DNA of 64,000 nt. It comes from Mobula hypostoma (taxonomy: Eukaryota). The notes beneath the pieces are model-generated. The model ran no database searches and was not told where the DNA came from. It was given only the letters and a program-made list of their open reading frames with translations. The stretch lies in contig NC_086097.1 in NCBI RefSeq assembly GCF_963921235.1, positions 124,000,001 to 124,064,000 on the forward strand. Direction: 5' to 3'. The position numbers and the translations under genes were made by a program. Each line of letters starts with the position of its first letter. Position 1 is the first letter of the stretch. This document shows positions 12,263 through 25,898 of this stretch, in pieces.

Positions 12263-13689
12263 CTGCAGATATCTTCTATAGTGAAGCAATACAAAATTAT
12301 AGTGAGAACATGCGTCAAGTTCCTGTTCAATAGTTCTTTCAGAATATCCACTTTTTCTAAACCCATTTTTCGGCCAATTAGTCCACTTAGTGAAGGCACA
12401 GATTCACTTAGTGCCTTTTCCTCAAACCCATTCTCATCCTTACTGGTGATATTTTCCGACCCTTTTTTCCTCATGCATAATTCCTGTATTAACTGCAACG
12501 CAGGGGTATGAGACAAATTCCCAAGTTTTAGAGAGTCCTCCCAATTATTTTCTTCAAAGACCAACTCATCATCTTTACCGGGAGATTTGAATTTGTAATT
12601 TGACCCCTGTGGAAGAATTCCTTTATGTTCATCTTCAGTCTCAGATTGGGAGCTGCGCTCACTGAGAGTGGACAGACGCTTAGTTCTTTCCAATTGTCTA
12701 ACAGACCTCTTAGAGTCTTGCATCTTGGGTTTTTTTTGATTTTTCACCAATTCTTGAAAGGAATTCTCATTTGAGAAGGAATCAGGTGATTTTTCCAAAC
12801 CAACCGAATTATACCCACTGTCTTCTGTTGAGGTATCCAATTTGTCCTGTGACTGGGTTCTTTGCAACATTCTTCCTGCAGACAGGTTTACATTGAAATT
12901 TACTGGAGTAACAAACTGGTCAGCTCCAGATGTGTTGAATTTTCCCTGTCTAGATGGTGTTACAAAGGGTTCAGACAGGGTGCATTCACCACAATCTTCA
13001 GAGCAAGAGAAACTGCTGAGGTCAAGTTTACTGAATGAAGTGCATGGATCAGAAGATGCATTTTCATATGTTAACCGATTTTTACACTTTAAATCATCTA
13101 TTGTGGAGGTTCGCTGTTGTGCAAACAAATACCTTTTAGTTCTACATGAAGCACCACTTTCATCACTTAGGGCACTGGTTGATAAAACTTCAAAATTCAA
13201 GTCTCCAGGAGAATTTAATGAGCTATCTGAAAAGGATAATTTATCACATATTCTGGTGCAAGGCCATTCTTCTGTACCAGCTGCAGAGGATTGAACAGTT
13301 TTGTGCAACCGCACTTTCTCACTTGAGAGGTGGGATTCAAGAAGTCTCCGCCGCAACGTGATTGTCTTGCCAGTTCTCCTAGGTGTTTCCAATGAAATTG
13401 GTGAAAGAGAGTTGGTTCTTTTCCCATCGAGCCTTCTTTCAGTAGAGAAGGCCCTTGCACTAAAGGACTGTCTTTCCTTTCCCACTACTGGAGATATAGC
13501 AACAGTATGGGAACCAAGCTCTTGTATGGCTCCATTGAAATATTTAAATGAGTGTACTTCACTTTCTCCTTCATTATAGCCACTCTCCCTGAATGGTTCT
13601 TCGTCAGAGGATTTAAACTTTTCAGGATTAGCTCCCTGGAGGTCAGAGATGGTCAGCAGGTCGTACGAGTAGTTCAGTAACTTCAACAT
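12263..13689 (-). CDS. FBXO43: FBXO43/Emi2 large first coding exon
   Basis: 476-aa ORF with Emi2 motifs QQRTSTIDD, DSGYNS, RLSTLSERSSQSETE and LIGRKMGLEKVDIL. Acceptor at 13727-13728, in-frame TGA upstream of the ATG, AG|gtaag donor. Confidence 0.96.
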
Positions 13690-13819
13690 CTTGACACAAC
13701 AGACTATATGATGTCACCAGCAGCCCCTAGAAACAAACAAACATATTTTAAAAAAGTTTGCTTCATGCCATAAGTTACAGTTTTGTGAATTTGCATTATT
13801 AGAACAGCAATAATCTGAC

Positions 13820-14130
13820 AGCACAGCAGTGTAGAGATTATCGCAATTGCTTTGCGGCGCAAGTGATCACCGATCAGGGTTTGATTCCTGCCATCGTCTG
13901 TAAGGCGTTTCTACGTATTCCATGACCGCGTGGCCTTCCTCCGGTTTCCTCATACGTTCCAAAGAAATGACCAATGTTCGGATTATTAAGTTGTGGGCAT
14001 TCTAAGTTGGCATCAGAAGCAGTGTTACTTGCGGGCAGCTGCAGCACAATCCTCACTGATTTGACTCAAACAATGCATTTCACTGTATGCTTTGACGTAC
14101 GTGTGGAAAAAAAAGCTAATCTTTCTATCT
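13820..14130 (+). mobile_element. tRNA-derived SINE
   Basis: B-box-like ggtttgattcc and an aaagctaatct tail. Reverse copies lie at ~27145-27450 and ~38872-39150. Confidence 0.65.
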
Positions 14131-14613
14131 TTATCCAAAATGTAAATTTTTGTTAATAACTGTGGTCACATTGGGTAGATATCAATTTTTTTGCTCTTAA
14201 TAAATTTCCTTATTAAATTGTATGGTTTTATTCTACCAATTGTTCCTCAAAATAAAGAAATTTTAAAAAGTCCAAATATTTTTGCTGTTTCATAGAAGAG
14301 TACAGCACAGGAACAGGCCCTTCGGCCAACAATGTTGTACTGAAACAGCTAAAAAGTAAATCAAGAAATCCCCAAAAACCAATTCCTCCTACCTACACAA
14401 TGTCCACATTCCTCCATCTTTCTCATATTCATGGGCCTATCTAAATGTCCCAAAAGCCACTGATAGATTAGCCTCTACCACCATATCAGGCAGCATATTC
14501 CAGGCATCCACCACTGAGTAAAAAAGTTTGTCCTCATATCCCCCTTGAACCACAACATTGAAAGGAACTCAAAGAATTATTGCCATTTAGTTCCTTTCCC
14601 AAGCAATTACATA

Positions 14614-16146
14614 CCGTGCCTATAAAAAGTATTCACCCCCTTGGAAGTTTTCATGTTTTATTGTTTTACAACATTGAATCACAGGCTATTTAATTTGGCT
14701 TTTTTTGACACTGATCATCAGAAAAAGACTTTCATGTCGAAGTGAAAACAGATCTCTACAAAGTGATCTAAACTACAAGTACAAAGTATTTTGCATAAGT
14801 ATTTACCCCTTTTAATATGACAGATCATCACTGGTGCAGCCAACTGGTTTTAGAAGTCACATAATTAGTAAAATTGAGATCTGTGTGCAGTCAAGGTGTT
14901 TCAATTGATTGTAGTTAAAGCACATCTGTATCTAGACGGTGCAGACGAGTCAGGATCCTGGCACAAACTACACCATGAAGACAAAAGAACACTCCAAGCA
15001 ATGCTGTGAATAGGTTATTGAAAAGCCCAAATCAGGAGAGGTACAAGAAAATTTCTAAGTCACTGAATATCCCTTGAGTACAGCCAAGTCAATCATCAAG
15101 AAATTAAAAGAATATGGCACAGCTGTAAATCTGTCTCGATCAAGCCGTCCTCAAACTGAATGACCGTGCATGAAGGGGACACAACTCTGGGGGAGTTACA
15201 AGCTTCAGTGGCTGAGATGGGGACAGATTGCTGCCAGGGTACTTAACCAGTCACAGCCTTATGGAAGAGTGGCAAAGAGAAAGCCACTGTTGAAAAATAC
15301 ACACATGAAATCTTGGCTACATTTCGCCAGAAGGCATGTGGGAGTCACCCCTGAAGTCAGCTGGAATAAGGTTCTATGGTCTAATGAAAACAAAATTGAG
15401 CTTTTTGTCATTAGTCTAAATGCTATGTTTGGGGTAAGCCAAACACTGCACATCAAAAACATACTACTCCTACCATGAAGCATGGTGGTGGTTGCATTAT
15501 GCTATGGGGATGCTTCACTGCAGCAGACTCTGGAAGGCTTGTGAAGGTAGAGGGTAAACTGAATGCAGCAAAATACAGGAAAATCCTGGACAAAAACCTG
15601 ATGCAGTCTGCAAGAGAATTGCAACTTGGGAGAAGATTTGTTTTCCAGCAAGACAATGACCCCAAGTATAAAACCAAATCTACATACAAGTGGCTTAAAA
15701 ACAACTAAACTCATGTCCTAGAGTGGCCAAGTTGGAGTCCAGACCTCAATGCAATTGAGAATTGGTGGCTGGACTTGAAGAGGGCTGTTCACATACAATC
15801 CCCACACAATCTGAGAGAGCTTGAACAATTTTGTAAAGAAGAATGGGCAAAAATTGCAGTGTCCAGATGTGCCAAGCTGATCGAGACCAATCCACAGACT
15901 CAAGGCAGTCATTACTGCCAAGGGTACATCTAATAAATACTGACTTGAAGGGAGTGAGAAATCATGCAATTATTGTTTAACAATTGTAATAAATTTAGAT
16001 CAATTTGTAGAAATTAGTTTTCACTTTGACACAAGAGTCTTCTCTGTTGATCAGTGTCAAAAAGCCATATTAAATCCACGGTGATTCAATATTGTAAAAC
16101 AGAACACGAAAACTTCTAAGTGGGGTGAATACTTTTATATGCACTG
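14614..16146 (+). mobile_element. Tc1 DNA transposon of IR/DR type, near full length, frameshifted transposase
   Basis: TA on both flanks; ~200-bp TIRs (c.gtgc.tataaaa.gtattcacccc) with inner direct repeats. Transposase starts at ATG 14975 and includes VLWSNE, KHGGGCIMLWGCF and FQQDNDPK. Confidence 0.93.
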
Positions 16147-18043
16147 TAACCGTTTCTGCTTTCAGACATTGCTTTACAAAACTTGCTGTGTGCAAAATGC
16201 TTCAACTGCCCTTTGATTTAAGATTATTGGTTCACACAACAACGTTTGTAGGCTCAATCCTTCTGCATGGGGTGAGGGGCTCCAGAGAACATGAACTACA
16301 TTATTGACAGTGACAAGAGGATGAAGATTAAATAGTTTGAACCATTAAGATTTACTTCTTAAAAAAGGTGTCTTTAGCCATCTGGAATGGGAACGTTGCA
16401 AACGTGTCCATATACAGGCATGAAGTGCTAAAGTACAAAGGTAATTGAGATGGTCACAAACATAACAAGTGGTCAATTCTTGCTTGCCCTGATGCAATCA
16501 TGTGCAAGACTACTTTTGAAACTAATCAAATATACCAAGCTACAAGTTAAAACTGCCCTCTCCTTTCTTCTGGTTACCACAAAAGACAAAATCTTCTAAA
16601 TTTATGCTCATTAGGGTACCAGATAGGAAATAAAGCCTAGTGAGGGAAAATAAAATCCACCTTGAATCAACAGTAGATGCTATACATTTACTAATATCAG
16701 GATCTAGTTTCAAGCTACTGAGATATAGTACAAGTTTTCATTGATGATTAAAAGTATGATGACTCCTTGATTGGAAAGCAAGAATTGAATGAGCATAATG
16801 GAATAAAAAGTTCCCAGTGAACTGATGCTAGTTTGTGTAAATTATATCACTCGTGTTAATCAAGGGGAAGAGTCCACCACTTACATCAAGTTAACACTCG
16901 TTGCCCAATTTCAACCGCATGCTGATGTTATATTTGAGACATGGCTTTAATTTTCAAAACACAAGCAAATAGCAATCCAGCTTTTGTCCATCCTACATCC
17001 ACTGATCTTACAACATGCACCTACTCTTCAATTTCTTTCCTCATTGGAAAGTTACTCTTGAACCTTCTCTTTAGCCTTCTCTCTGAAACATGCAGAATAA
17101 TCATAGGCCCATCTCCAAAACATGCTGTATTATTTGCACAAATTGCCTAAGAGACTTTTAGTTACTAACTCCTGATAGTACTGTAAAGATAGTTCACGAT
17201 CAGCTATGCAGGGCAGATGGGGAGAACAGCTTTTCCTAGTCTATATTGACAACTGGAGGGCAGAGGAATAATCTGCTAACATTAAACTTAATTCATAGTC
17301 ATACTTTATTGATCCCGAGGGAACTTGATTTTCGTTACAGTTGCCCCAACCAAGAATAGAGTATAAATATAGCAATATAGAACCATAAATAATTAAATAA
17401 TAACATGTAAAATTGCGCAGGAGTATGTCAAATGCGGCAAACTTTGAATTTATCCCAACACGGAAACATTGAAACTGAGCGGGGGTAAAGGGGATACTAA
17501 TGGGCTTTAAAAAATTCATAATTAAAAATATTTACAATAATACTGTCCATTTCCTTTCCATTCTTACATTCACAGTCACTGCTCCAAGTCGTGTTATATT
17601 ACATTCCTTGAAACGAATAGGACTGTTGCTACTCATGTGGCCCCCTGGGGTGGGTACATTTCTACAATAATTGAGGGGTGCCTCACCCCACCCGGCCTCT
17701 GCCTCTGCAGTAGCGGAAGGAGCACAGTGGAGGGTTCGACTCTTAACGAGCCCTTGAGGTGGCTAAACAGAGCTTCAGTGCGTCCCATAACACGTATTCC
17801 AGCATCCTGGAATGCAGCAGTAGGTTGATTTCTAGAAAATTTAAACGATTACTTTTGCGAAAGTTCGCCAGTATAGAATATTACCACCGTTTTCCCGATT
17901 GGAGTACAATACCCTTTTAAGATAGGATGAAGACATTGAAGTGGGCACTACAGTAGGGAAAATAAAACCGAAAACACGCTGGCACAAATTGAACCCAAGT
18001 GTAACTGATTTTTTTTAAATGACAAATTCCAAAGGAAAGTCAC

Positions 18044-18700
18044 CTTTCAGAACGAATCGCTCCGATCACCGCTTTGCGCAGCTAGCTCTGGTGTGGAGTG
18101 ACACGGTTAATTGTAACCGGTGACGAACACTGCGTTGATTTGTAACACCGGGAGCCTCGAGCAAGGCTAGAGGGGCAACTGGTGCTGGAAATGAGCAACT
18201 TGTGATGGTAACGAGCCGAGAACGCGCTCGGCCGCTCCACTCCCCGCCCATCGTCTTGGGAACCAGATGCTGCCTCCACGCGAAGCTTTTTTCCGCAGGT
18301 TCCCTCGTTTGGATTTGAATTTTGCGCCACTCCAATGAAGCCAGCTGTTTGCATTTGCCCGCTAAACGAGGTTTAAATGACCGCCAAACAAAAAAGCAAC
18401 TGTCAACAAACACCCTGCTCTTTAAACCATAGCATAGAGATTAGTAGTTCATTAAAAAAAAATGCCCATTTCGTCACGTGAACAATTACTCCGTACAAAA
18501 CGATTAAAAACTGCCCGTTTGTAGCATACAAAAACCCAAGTAATCGCTTCCAAACTCCGTCCTTTACCTCAAGTAGGTACTGTACTCTGAAACAACGCTC
18601 CTTTTTTAAAAAAATGAGAACTACAAATGCCGGCAGAAAGACAAACGGGTACTTCTACTGACGGAGTACCGCAGGGTTCAGTACCCGGAGCCAACTATTC
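18044..18700 (-). promoter_or_regulatory. FBXO43: CpG-rich putative FBXO43 promoter and non-coding exon 1
   Basis: CpG cluster with GC box at 18242-18249, GGCGC-N4-TTCAAA at 18314-18328 and CCAAT at 18332. Candidate donors are AAG|gtgact (18044) and GAG|gtaaag (18568). The TSS cannot be determined. Confidence 0.55.
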
Positions 18701-18789
18701 AATGTGTGGATAATTTGGCAGCAGGGATCATATATAACATTTCCGATGACAAAGTAGTCGAGAATCCGGGTAGTGACAAGGAAATAAAG

Positions 18790-20240
18790 AGGACGAGCAG
18801 AGGGGGTGGGCAATGACATGAGACTGCTAAATAAGATAAGCCAACAGCCCATGATATGACAGGAAAGATACTAGCATGGATATTTGGCTGACTGGCAGGA
18901 GGCAGCGTGGGACCAAAGGGGGCCTTTCTTAGCTGGCTGCTGGTAACTAGTGGTTTTGGTGTTGGATCCACTTCTTTTCACATTATATGTAATGATCTGG
19001 ATGATGGAATTGATGGCGTGGGGGGGGGGTGAATTTGGAAACAATACAAAGATAGGTGGGCACCCAGGGAGTGTTGAGGAAAGGCTTGGACAGATTAGGA
19101 AAATAAACAAAGTGGCAGTTGGATTACAGTGTAGGGACATGTATAGTCATACATGTCATGCACTTTGTCAGAAAAAAAGTGTTTTTAAAGAGGGAACAAA
19201 TTCAGAAATCAGAAGTCCAAAGGGACTTGGGAGTCCTAGTGCAGGATTCCCTAAAGGTTAACTTGCAGGTTGAGTCTGTATAAGGAAGGTAAATACAATG
19301 CTAGCATTCATTTCAAGAGGACCTTAACCCTGTCATTGGGTTTAGAGACTTTGCTGGAGTTAGGGCTTTGTGCTTTGGCTCTTGGTAGGGTCACTCATGC
19401 CAAACAGGTCAGAGTAGAGGCCAGACTAAGAGTGGCCCACAGGTCCTCCAGGTTTAAGGGTTCAGCTCAAGGCTAACAACTCTGATTGGTAAAATAAAAT
19501 TGGTATGGAAACAGCAATGAAGAATCCTTTTCCATCTGAGTGCAATGGTATTCCTGAGTCTCCACCCGGGACATGCATGACTGCCAGTAGTGAAAACCGA
19601 GAGAAAGCTACTGACATGATGAAGCAAGCCCTGAATATTGCCAGAGACGAAGGACCTTCATTGCTGCCCTCAACACCAGTGGCATAATGGGCCGCAAGTA
19701 CACAGTATAAAAGGATTTAATGCAGAGACTTTATAAGGCATTGGTCAGACCATATTTGGAGTATAGTGAGCAATTTTGGGTCCCTTGTCTAACAAAGAAT
19801 GTGTTGACATTAGAGGAAGTGCAGAGGAGGTCACATGAATGACCCTGGGAACAAGGACTGTTTGAAGGCTTGGGGGCCTGTACTCACTGGAGTTTGGTTG
19901 GGGGGCGGGAGGAGAGAAGGAATCTTATTAAAACAGATCAAGTATTCAAAGGCCTAGATAGAGTGGACGTGGAAAAGAGGTTTCCTACAGGGGAAGAGTC
20001 CAAGATCAGAGGGCACAGACTCAGAATACAAGCATGTCCCTTTAGAGCAGAGATGAGGAGAAATTTCTTTAGCCGTTGGCTGGTGAATTGTGGAATTCAT
20101 TGCCATGCTCAACTGTGGAGCTGAAGTCATTGGGTATATTTAAAGCAGAGGATAAAAGGTTCTTGAATAGTAAAGGCATCAAAAATTGTGGGGAGAAGGC
20201 AGACTCAATGAGCCAAGTGGCCTAAAACTGCACCTATGCC
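18790..20240 (+). mobile_element. Degenerate CR1-type LINE with an unrelated repeat inserted at ~19320-19700
   Basis: RT and 3' remnants (GHRLRIQACPFRAEMRRNFFS). Confidence 0.75.
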
Positions 20241-21349
20241 TTATAAATGGAGAACAAAATTAAGAAATGAGGTACTACTGCTTTGTCTGTTTTTGTAAAT
20301 GGTGAAAGAACAAGAAATGTGGATGCATGAAGAGAGCTGACTGTTGTACACAAGTTACTGAAAGCTAATGTGTAGGAATAGTGAGCAATTAGGAAGGCAA
20401 ACGGCAAGTTGGCTTTTAGAATTCTGATCACCAAGTACCCATCTGCACAAGTCCCATTTACCAGTTCTTAAATTGTAGGTTTCTATGCCTTGGCAATTCA
20501 AGTGATCATTATTAAATGAACAGGTAGACATTTCCACCAGCCATCAGGCCATAACATTCCAGATTCCAAACATTATGGAAAAAAGTTTATCCTCCATCCA
20601 CGTTTGCTGGTTTTTGATAGTCATAGGGGAAACATTTCCTCCTGTCAATGTTAATCAATTTAGTATAATTCTATCACATCTCTACTCAGCCACCCTTACT
20701 CTACCATGTTGTTTTCCTCAATAAATATAGATCAGAAGGTCACATAAATACATACCCCACCATCACTGATTCCCCTTTGGGGGATTAAGAGGTACTTGTT
20801 CATTTCTTGGTTCCCCTTTCTCCTAATGTACTTGGATTTATCAGTGATGTGGACATGGGAAAAGACATCCACAGTTTAGGTCTATGCTCCACACTCAAAG
20901 GCCAGCAATGTGGACATGCATCAAAGGATGTCTGTGGCTCCTGGGGCATCCCAGGTCTGTGGGTACTGGGATCCGAGGCATGAGGACCAGTGAGTCCATA
21001 AGCCCAGAGTTCGGGTTCTGTCAAAGGCCAAAGATTGAAGCCCAAAGGTTGATCAGAAACCCGGAAGTTGAAGCCAGATGGCCAGAGACTGGAGGGCTAA
21101 AAGCCAGTCCATGTGTGGGTGGGGAGGGAGGGAAGGGGCTTGTTTTGTTGCTTGTGGGCATGCTATGTTAGCAGCAGCATGTGAGGCAACATTTGTGGGC
21201 TGGCCCAGCACATTTTTGGGTGTTGGTTGTTAACACGAATGATGTATTTCATCTATGTTTCCATGTACATGTGTGAAATAAATCTGAATCACTGGCACAC
21301 AAGACTGCTTCGTGGGGCCTTTTTAATCCTCCCAATTTCCTTATTAAAC

Positions 21350-22300
21350 ACTCTCCTACAGAGTGTCACAAGGGCAGGATTTGCTGCATGATATTCTGGA
21401 GTTAGGTGTTTCAAAAGAGACAGGGAAGGTAAAGGATGGGGAGGGGTGACATTGTTATTCAGTGATAGTATCACAGATGCAGAAAGGGAGGATATTGTGG
21501 AAGGATTTTCTACTGAGTCAGTGTGGGTGGAAGTCAGAAACAGGAAGGGAGCAATAACTTGATTGGGAGTAATTGATAGACCCACCCCCACCCACAATAG
21601 CAACAGAAACACTGAGGAGCAGATTAGTAGGCAGCTTTTGTTTTGGAAAAGTGTAAAATTAAGTATTGTCACAGGTCACTTCAACTTCCCCAATATTGAT
21701 TGGCATCTCCTTGGTACTGAAGGTTTAGATTAAGGGGTTCCTAACCATTTTTATACTGTGGACCCCTACCATTAACTGAGGAGTCAGTGGACCCCAGGTT
21801 AGGAACCCCTGGTTTAGATAGAACAGAGTTCATTTAATGCATACAGGAAAGATTCCTGACACAGTATGTAGACAGGCTGACTAGTGAAGAGGCCATACTG
21901 CATCTAACATGAGGCAATGAACCTAGTCAGGCGACAGACCTCTGTGGGCGAGCATTTTGGGGATAATGATCATAACTCCATGATCTTTTGGATAGCTATG
22001 GTCAAGGATAGCAGCAGATAAATTAGAAAGTTGGTGAGATTTGATTGGGGGAGGGTTAATTATAATGGTATTAGGCAGGAAATGGGGAGCATAAATTGGA
22101 AACAGGTTCTCAGGTGCAGCCTGGAACACGGCCAGTGGTGGTGGCAGAGGCTGAGGCAGCAGTGATATTTTGAAGACTGCTGGATAAGCTCATGGATTTA
22201 AGAGAAGTGGACTGTGTAGGAGGGAAAGATTAGACCAATCATGTAGTTTATTGGTCATCACAATATTGGAGGCTGCAGGGCCCTTGCTGTTCCATGTTCT
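21350..22300 (+). mobile_element. Degenerate CR1-type LINE (endonuclease region and 3' end)
   Basis: Nucleotide similarity to the APE region of the CR1 at 59686-62394. Confidence 0.65.
21731..21811. mobile_element. 81-bp hAT-type MITE
   Basis: TIRs aggggttcctaacc / ggttaggaacccctg with an 8-bp TSD gtttagat. A related remnant lies at ~30566-30629. Confidence 0.8.
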
Positions 22301-24707
22301 ACACTCCATAATCCAAAAGGTACACTTCTTTCAGTCGCCTATGCCTTGCGTCACCAAACACTGACACATAGATGCACTGTAGAGAGCATCCTGACTGGCT
22401 GCATCATGCCTGGTATGGGAATACCAATGCCAAGAGATGGAATAGTCTACTGGAAGTGGTGGTCACAGCACTGTCCATCACAGGAAAAACAGTCCCCACC
22501 ATTGAGCACATTGGCATGGAGCCCTGTCACAGGAATGCATCACGGCCATGCTCTTTTCTCATTGCTGCTTTCAGGAAGGAAGAAAAGGAGCCTTAGGTCC
22601 CACACCACCAGATTCAGGAAAAGTTGTTACCCTACAACCATCAGGCTCCTGAACAAGTGTGGATAACTTTCTTCACCATTACTGTGAACTGATTCCACAA
22701 CCTACAGACTCACTTTCAAGAACATTCTACAACTTACCTTCACAGTATTAATTTTATTATGTTTGTCTTTCGCACATTGGTTGTTTGTCAATCTTTATCT
22801 GTTATGTATAGACTTTCATAAAATGTTATTGCAATTCTTTTTTCCTGTAAATGCTAAATATTGCAAGAAAACAAATCTCAAAATAGTATATGGTAACTCT
22901 GAACTTTAATCCATACCTTTCATATACTTCTATTCCACCCCACCCCTTCAATTTGCTCATTATCCAAGGTTCCCAATCATGCCATCCTTATCTTTCAATA
23001 TCATGGGAACATGTTGGCCCTGAACTCTCACCATCTCCCTTTTGAAAAGGGTGCTGGATGTTGCTTTACCCACAAATTGCTGTCCTTAATCAACTGGCTC
23101 TTCCTAAACTTGTTTAGGACCCCTACTTGAAGACCATCCTCACCTTTCACCTGAACTACTTTGAAATTTACATAGTTATTCCCAAAAACGCTTCTCCACT
23201 GACACTTGCCCAGTTTCACTTTTCAAGATTAGGTGTAGGGCAGTTCTTTCTCTGGAATGATCACTTTGGCATTGGCTTCAAAATACTGTACAAATTTAGA
23301 ACCATCTAGGCCCCTCACAATAAGAAACCACCAGTCAATACTGGAGAAGTTAAAATTCCCCACAGCTATGTGCTGTAATTTGCAGTAACCAATCCTCCTC
23401 CTTCACTGTCTTGTAACAATGTTTTGTGTGTTGTCAGAAAATCTTTGCACTAGGGATGCTGCTACAAGTTTTTCATTGTACCTGTACCTCACTGTACTTG
23501 TGCACAGAATAAACTGGATTATAACTCAATTGTTCTTGTGCCTTCCTGCAGTTTGTCTCCCACTGACTGTTATTGGGGTTATACTACAAGACTCCAAGTG
23601 ATTGCCCCTTCCTTACTTCTATCTTCTACCAATATGGTCTTATTAGAGGAACCTGGTCAGACATGTTCTCTAATCAATACTGCAATGTCCCCTCTTCTTA
23701 CCTCTCCAGCATCCACAAATCATGCCCAACACAAGGCTACCTTGGATTTTTGGAGTTTCCAAAGTAGCTGGAACATTCATGATTAGAATAATATCATATT
23801 TCTACGGGTGATGCTCCTTAAATCAAAGGATTGGAATTTAACCCATCTTCTTTCACATGCCTTGATCTATTTTCCCTACTCAATAATACAGCATAGAAAC
23901 ATGTCATTTGGCACAAATTATCATGTCAACTTACAGACACCCATCACCTAGCACTTGGTTCATTATACTCTATGCCCAAGTGTTTGAAGAGATCATCTAC
24001 GTCCTACTTAAGAGCTGTGGTCAAACCAGCTGCAACCATTCTCTCAGGCATTCCAATGCTAATCACCATCTACATGAAGCTCCCCCTATCTCCTCCAAAA
24101 ATGAATTCCCCTTACATTAAGACATGCCCTCTTGTTTTATCCATCTGGGATTTGGGGGGGGGGGGAAAGAGAGGAGTCTTCCTTTAGTATATCCAATCTC
24201 ACGTTTATGCTTCAAACATTTCCCATCCTAATCTCCTCTATTCCAAGGAAAAGAGACATAACTTCTCCACTCTCCACTCCCAGATGGTTAATCTGATCAA
24301 GACCAGGTGATTAGGCAAGGATTTTGCTTCAGTGCCACAGGTTAGGACCAGGTGCAAGCTCTGAGTCACAGAAGGACTGTTCAATGTTATGAGATTTATG
24401 TGGACTGTACTTTATATTGGTCTCCTTCAGTTTTTTGGTGTTTTCTTTCTTGTGGCCGATTGACAGCTGGGTGATTTTGGGGGGGGGTGTGGTTTGCAAA
24501 TTTTTGATGCTACTGTTGCTGTTTTTATTTTGAGAGTGAGGGAGTCAGGAATTGTTATTGTCACTGTTTTTCTATGTGAGGGAGCTTTTGAGGTCTGAGA
24601 GTTTTATTTGTTTTTCTTTTTTGTGCAGAGGAAATTGATGTATATTCTTTCTGTAGTTCATGGCTATCTGGAGAAGGCAAATATCAGAGTTGCATTGTAC
24701 ATTCAGA

Positions 24708-24990
24708 GTGTTGGCACGTGGCCAAGTGGTTAAGGATTTGAAGGTCGCTAGTTCGAGCCTTGGCTGAGGCAGCGTGTTGTGTCCTTGAGCAAGGCACTTT
24801 ACTACACATTGCTCTGCGACGACACCAAGCTGTATGGATCCTAATGCCCTTAGGACAACATCAGTGGCATGGAGAGGGGAGACTTGCAGCATGGGCAACT
24901 GCTAGTCTTCCATACAACCTTGCCCAGGCCTGTGCCCTGGAAACCTTCCAAGGTGCAAATCCATGGTCTCATGAGACTAATGGATGCCTA
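24708..24990 (+). mobile_element. tRNA-derived SINE
   Basis: A-box tggccaagtgg, B-box gttcgagcc and core gtgtccttgagcaaggcac. Confidence 0.7.
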
Positions 24991-25479
24991 TATTGTAGAA
25001 CAGAACTAGTGCTCCCAATTATCACTATTCCTTTGCCACAGACACAAAAATTCAAACAACACAATGTAACACACAAAATGCTGGAGGACCTCAGCGAGCC
25101 AGGCAGCATCTATGGAAAAGGGTAAACAGTCGACGTTTCGGACCGAAACCTTGTATTAGTACTTTGATTTCCAGTATCTGCGGATTTTCTCGTGTTCGTG
25201 ATTCAACCACAAGACAGTCGGGTTTCACCAAAACTGCGAATCAAGTCGTACATACGTGAAAAAAGAAACCAATAGACAGCTCTTTCATCCTACTTAATAC
25301 AATGGAGCAGAATCAGGCCATTCGGCCCATCGAGTCTGTTCAACTATTCAGTCACGGCTGATTTATTATCCCTCTCAAACCCATTGTCCTGCCTTCTTCC
25401 CACAACGTTTGACGTCCTTCTGATCAAGAACCTCTTTAAATGCGCTGAGTGACTCGGTCTCCACTGCCGTCTGTGGTAA

Positions 25480-25898
25480 CAAATTCCATAGGTAGAAGTC
25501 GCCGACCGCAAAAAAGGACCCGGTGCTCGGGTTCACCAAGTCATTAAAAGCCAAAGATACTCACACACAATAAATAGCGAAGTGAAATGACCCCGTCGAA
25601 CTTCGACAGACGACGCTCCCCCGGAACGACCACTCGCTAAACTGAGGCGGCTTTGGCTGCAAACCTCCGGCCACCCATTGACGTCCCGCCACCGCCCGCA
25701 GATTCCGCGTTCGAATTTCGTGTCCAAGTTCTTCATTTGTCGGCGCGGGGGGCCAATCACCGGCCGCCTTGCTGACGACCGCCCGGAAGTTACGCGCCTG
25801 TCCCCGGGAGCCTATTCGGAGACTGGTCGTCGGCCTCATGTGTGAGGTTTTGAGGATTAGATCGTTTTGGTGTGGAAATAATCCCTGGCAGTAGCTTG
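25480..25898 (+). promoter_or_regulatory. POLR2K: POLR2K CpG-island promoter and probable non-coding exon 1 (~25790-25898)
   Basis: CpG-rich with TGACGTC, GC boxes, CCAAT at 25753, ETS site CCGGAAGT at 25783 and donor TTG|gtgagg at 25899. Confidence 0.65.

Noticed and set aside
12842-13579. Plus-strand ORFs overlapping the FBXO43 exon
   Set aside because: They are antisense shadow frames of the real coding exon.
12259-13689. Assignment to FBXO5/Emi1
   Set aside because: The length (654 aa), the RTST and RLSTLxExxSQS motifs and the POLR2K/SPAG1 neighbourhood fit FBXO43/Emi2.
24708-24780. tRNA gene
   Set aside because: A and B boxes are present, but there is no complete cloverleaf and the sequence continues into a SINE body.
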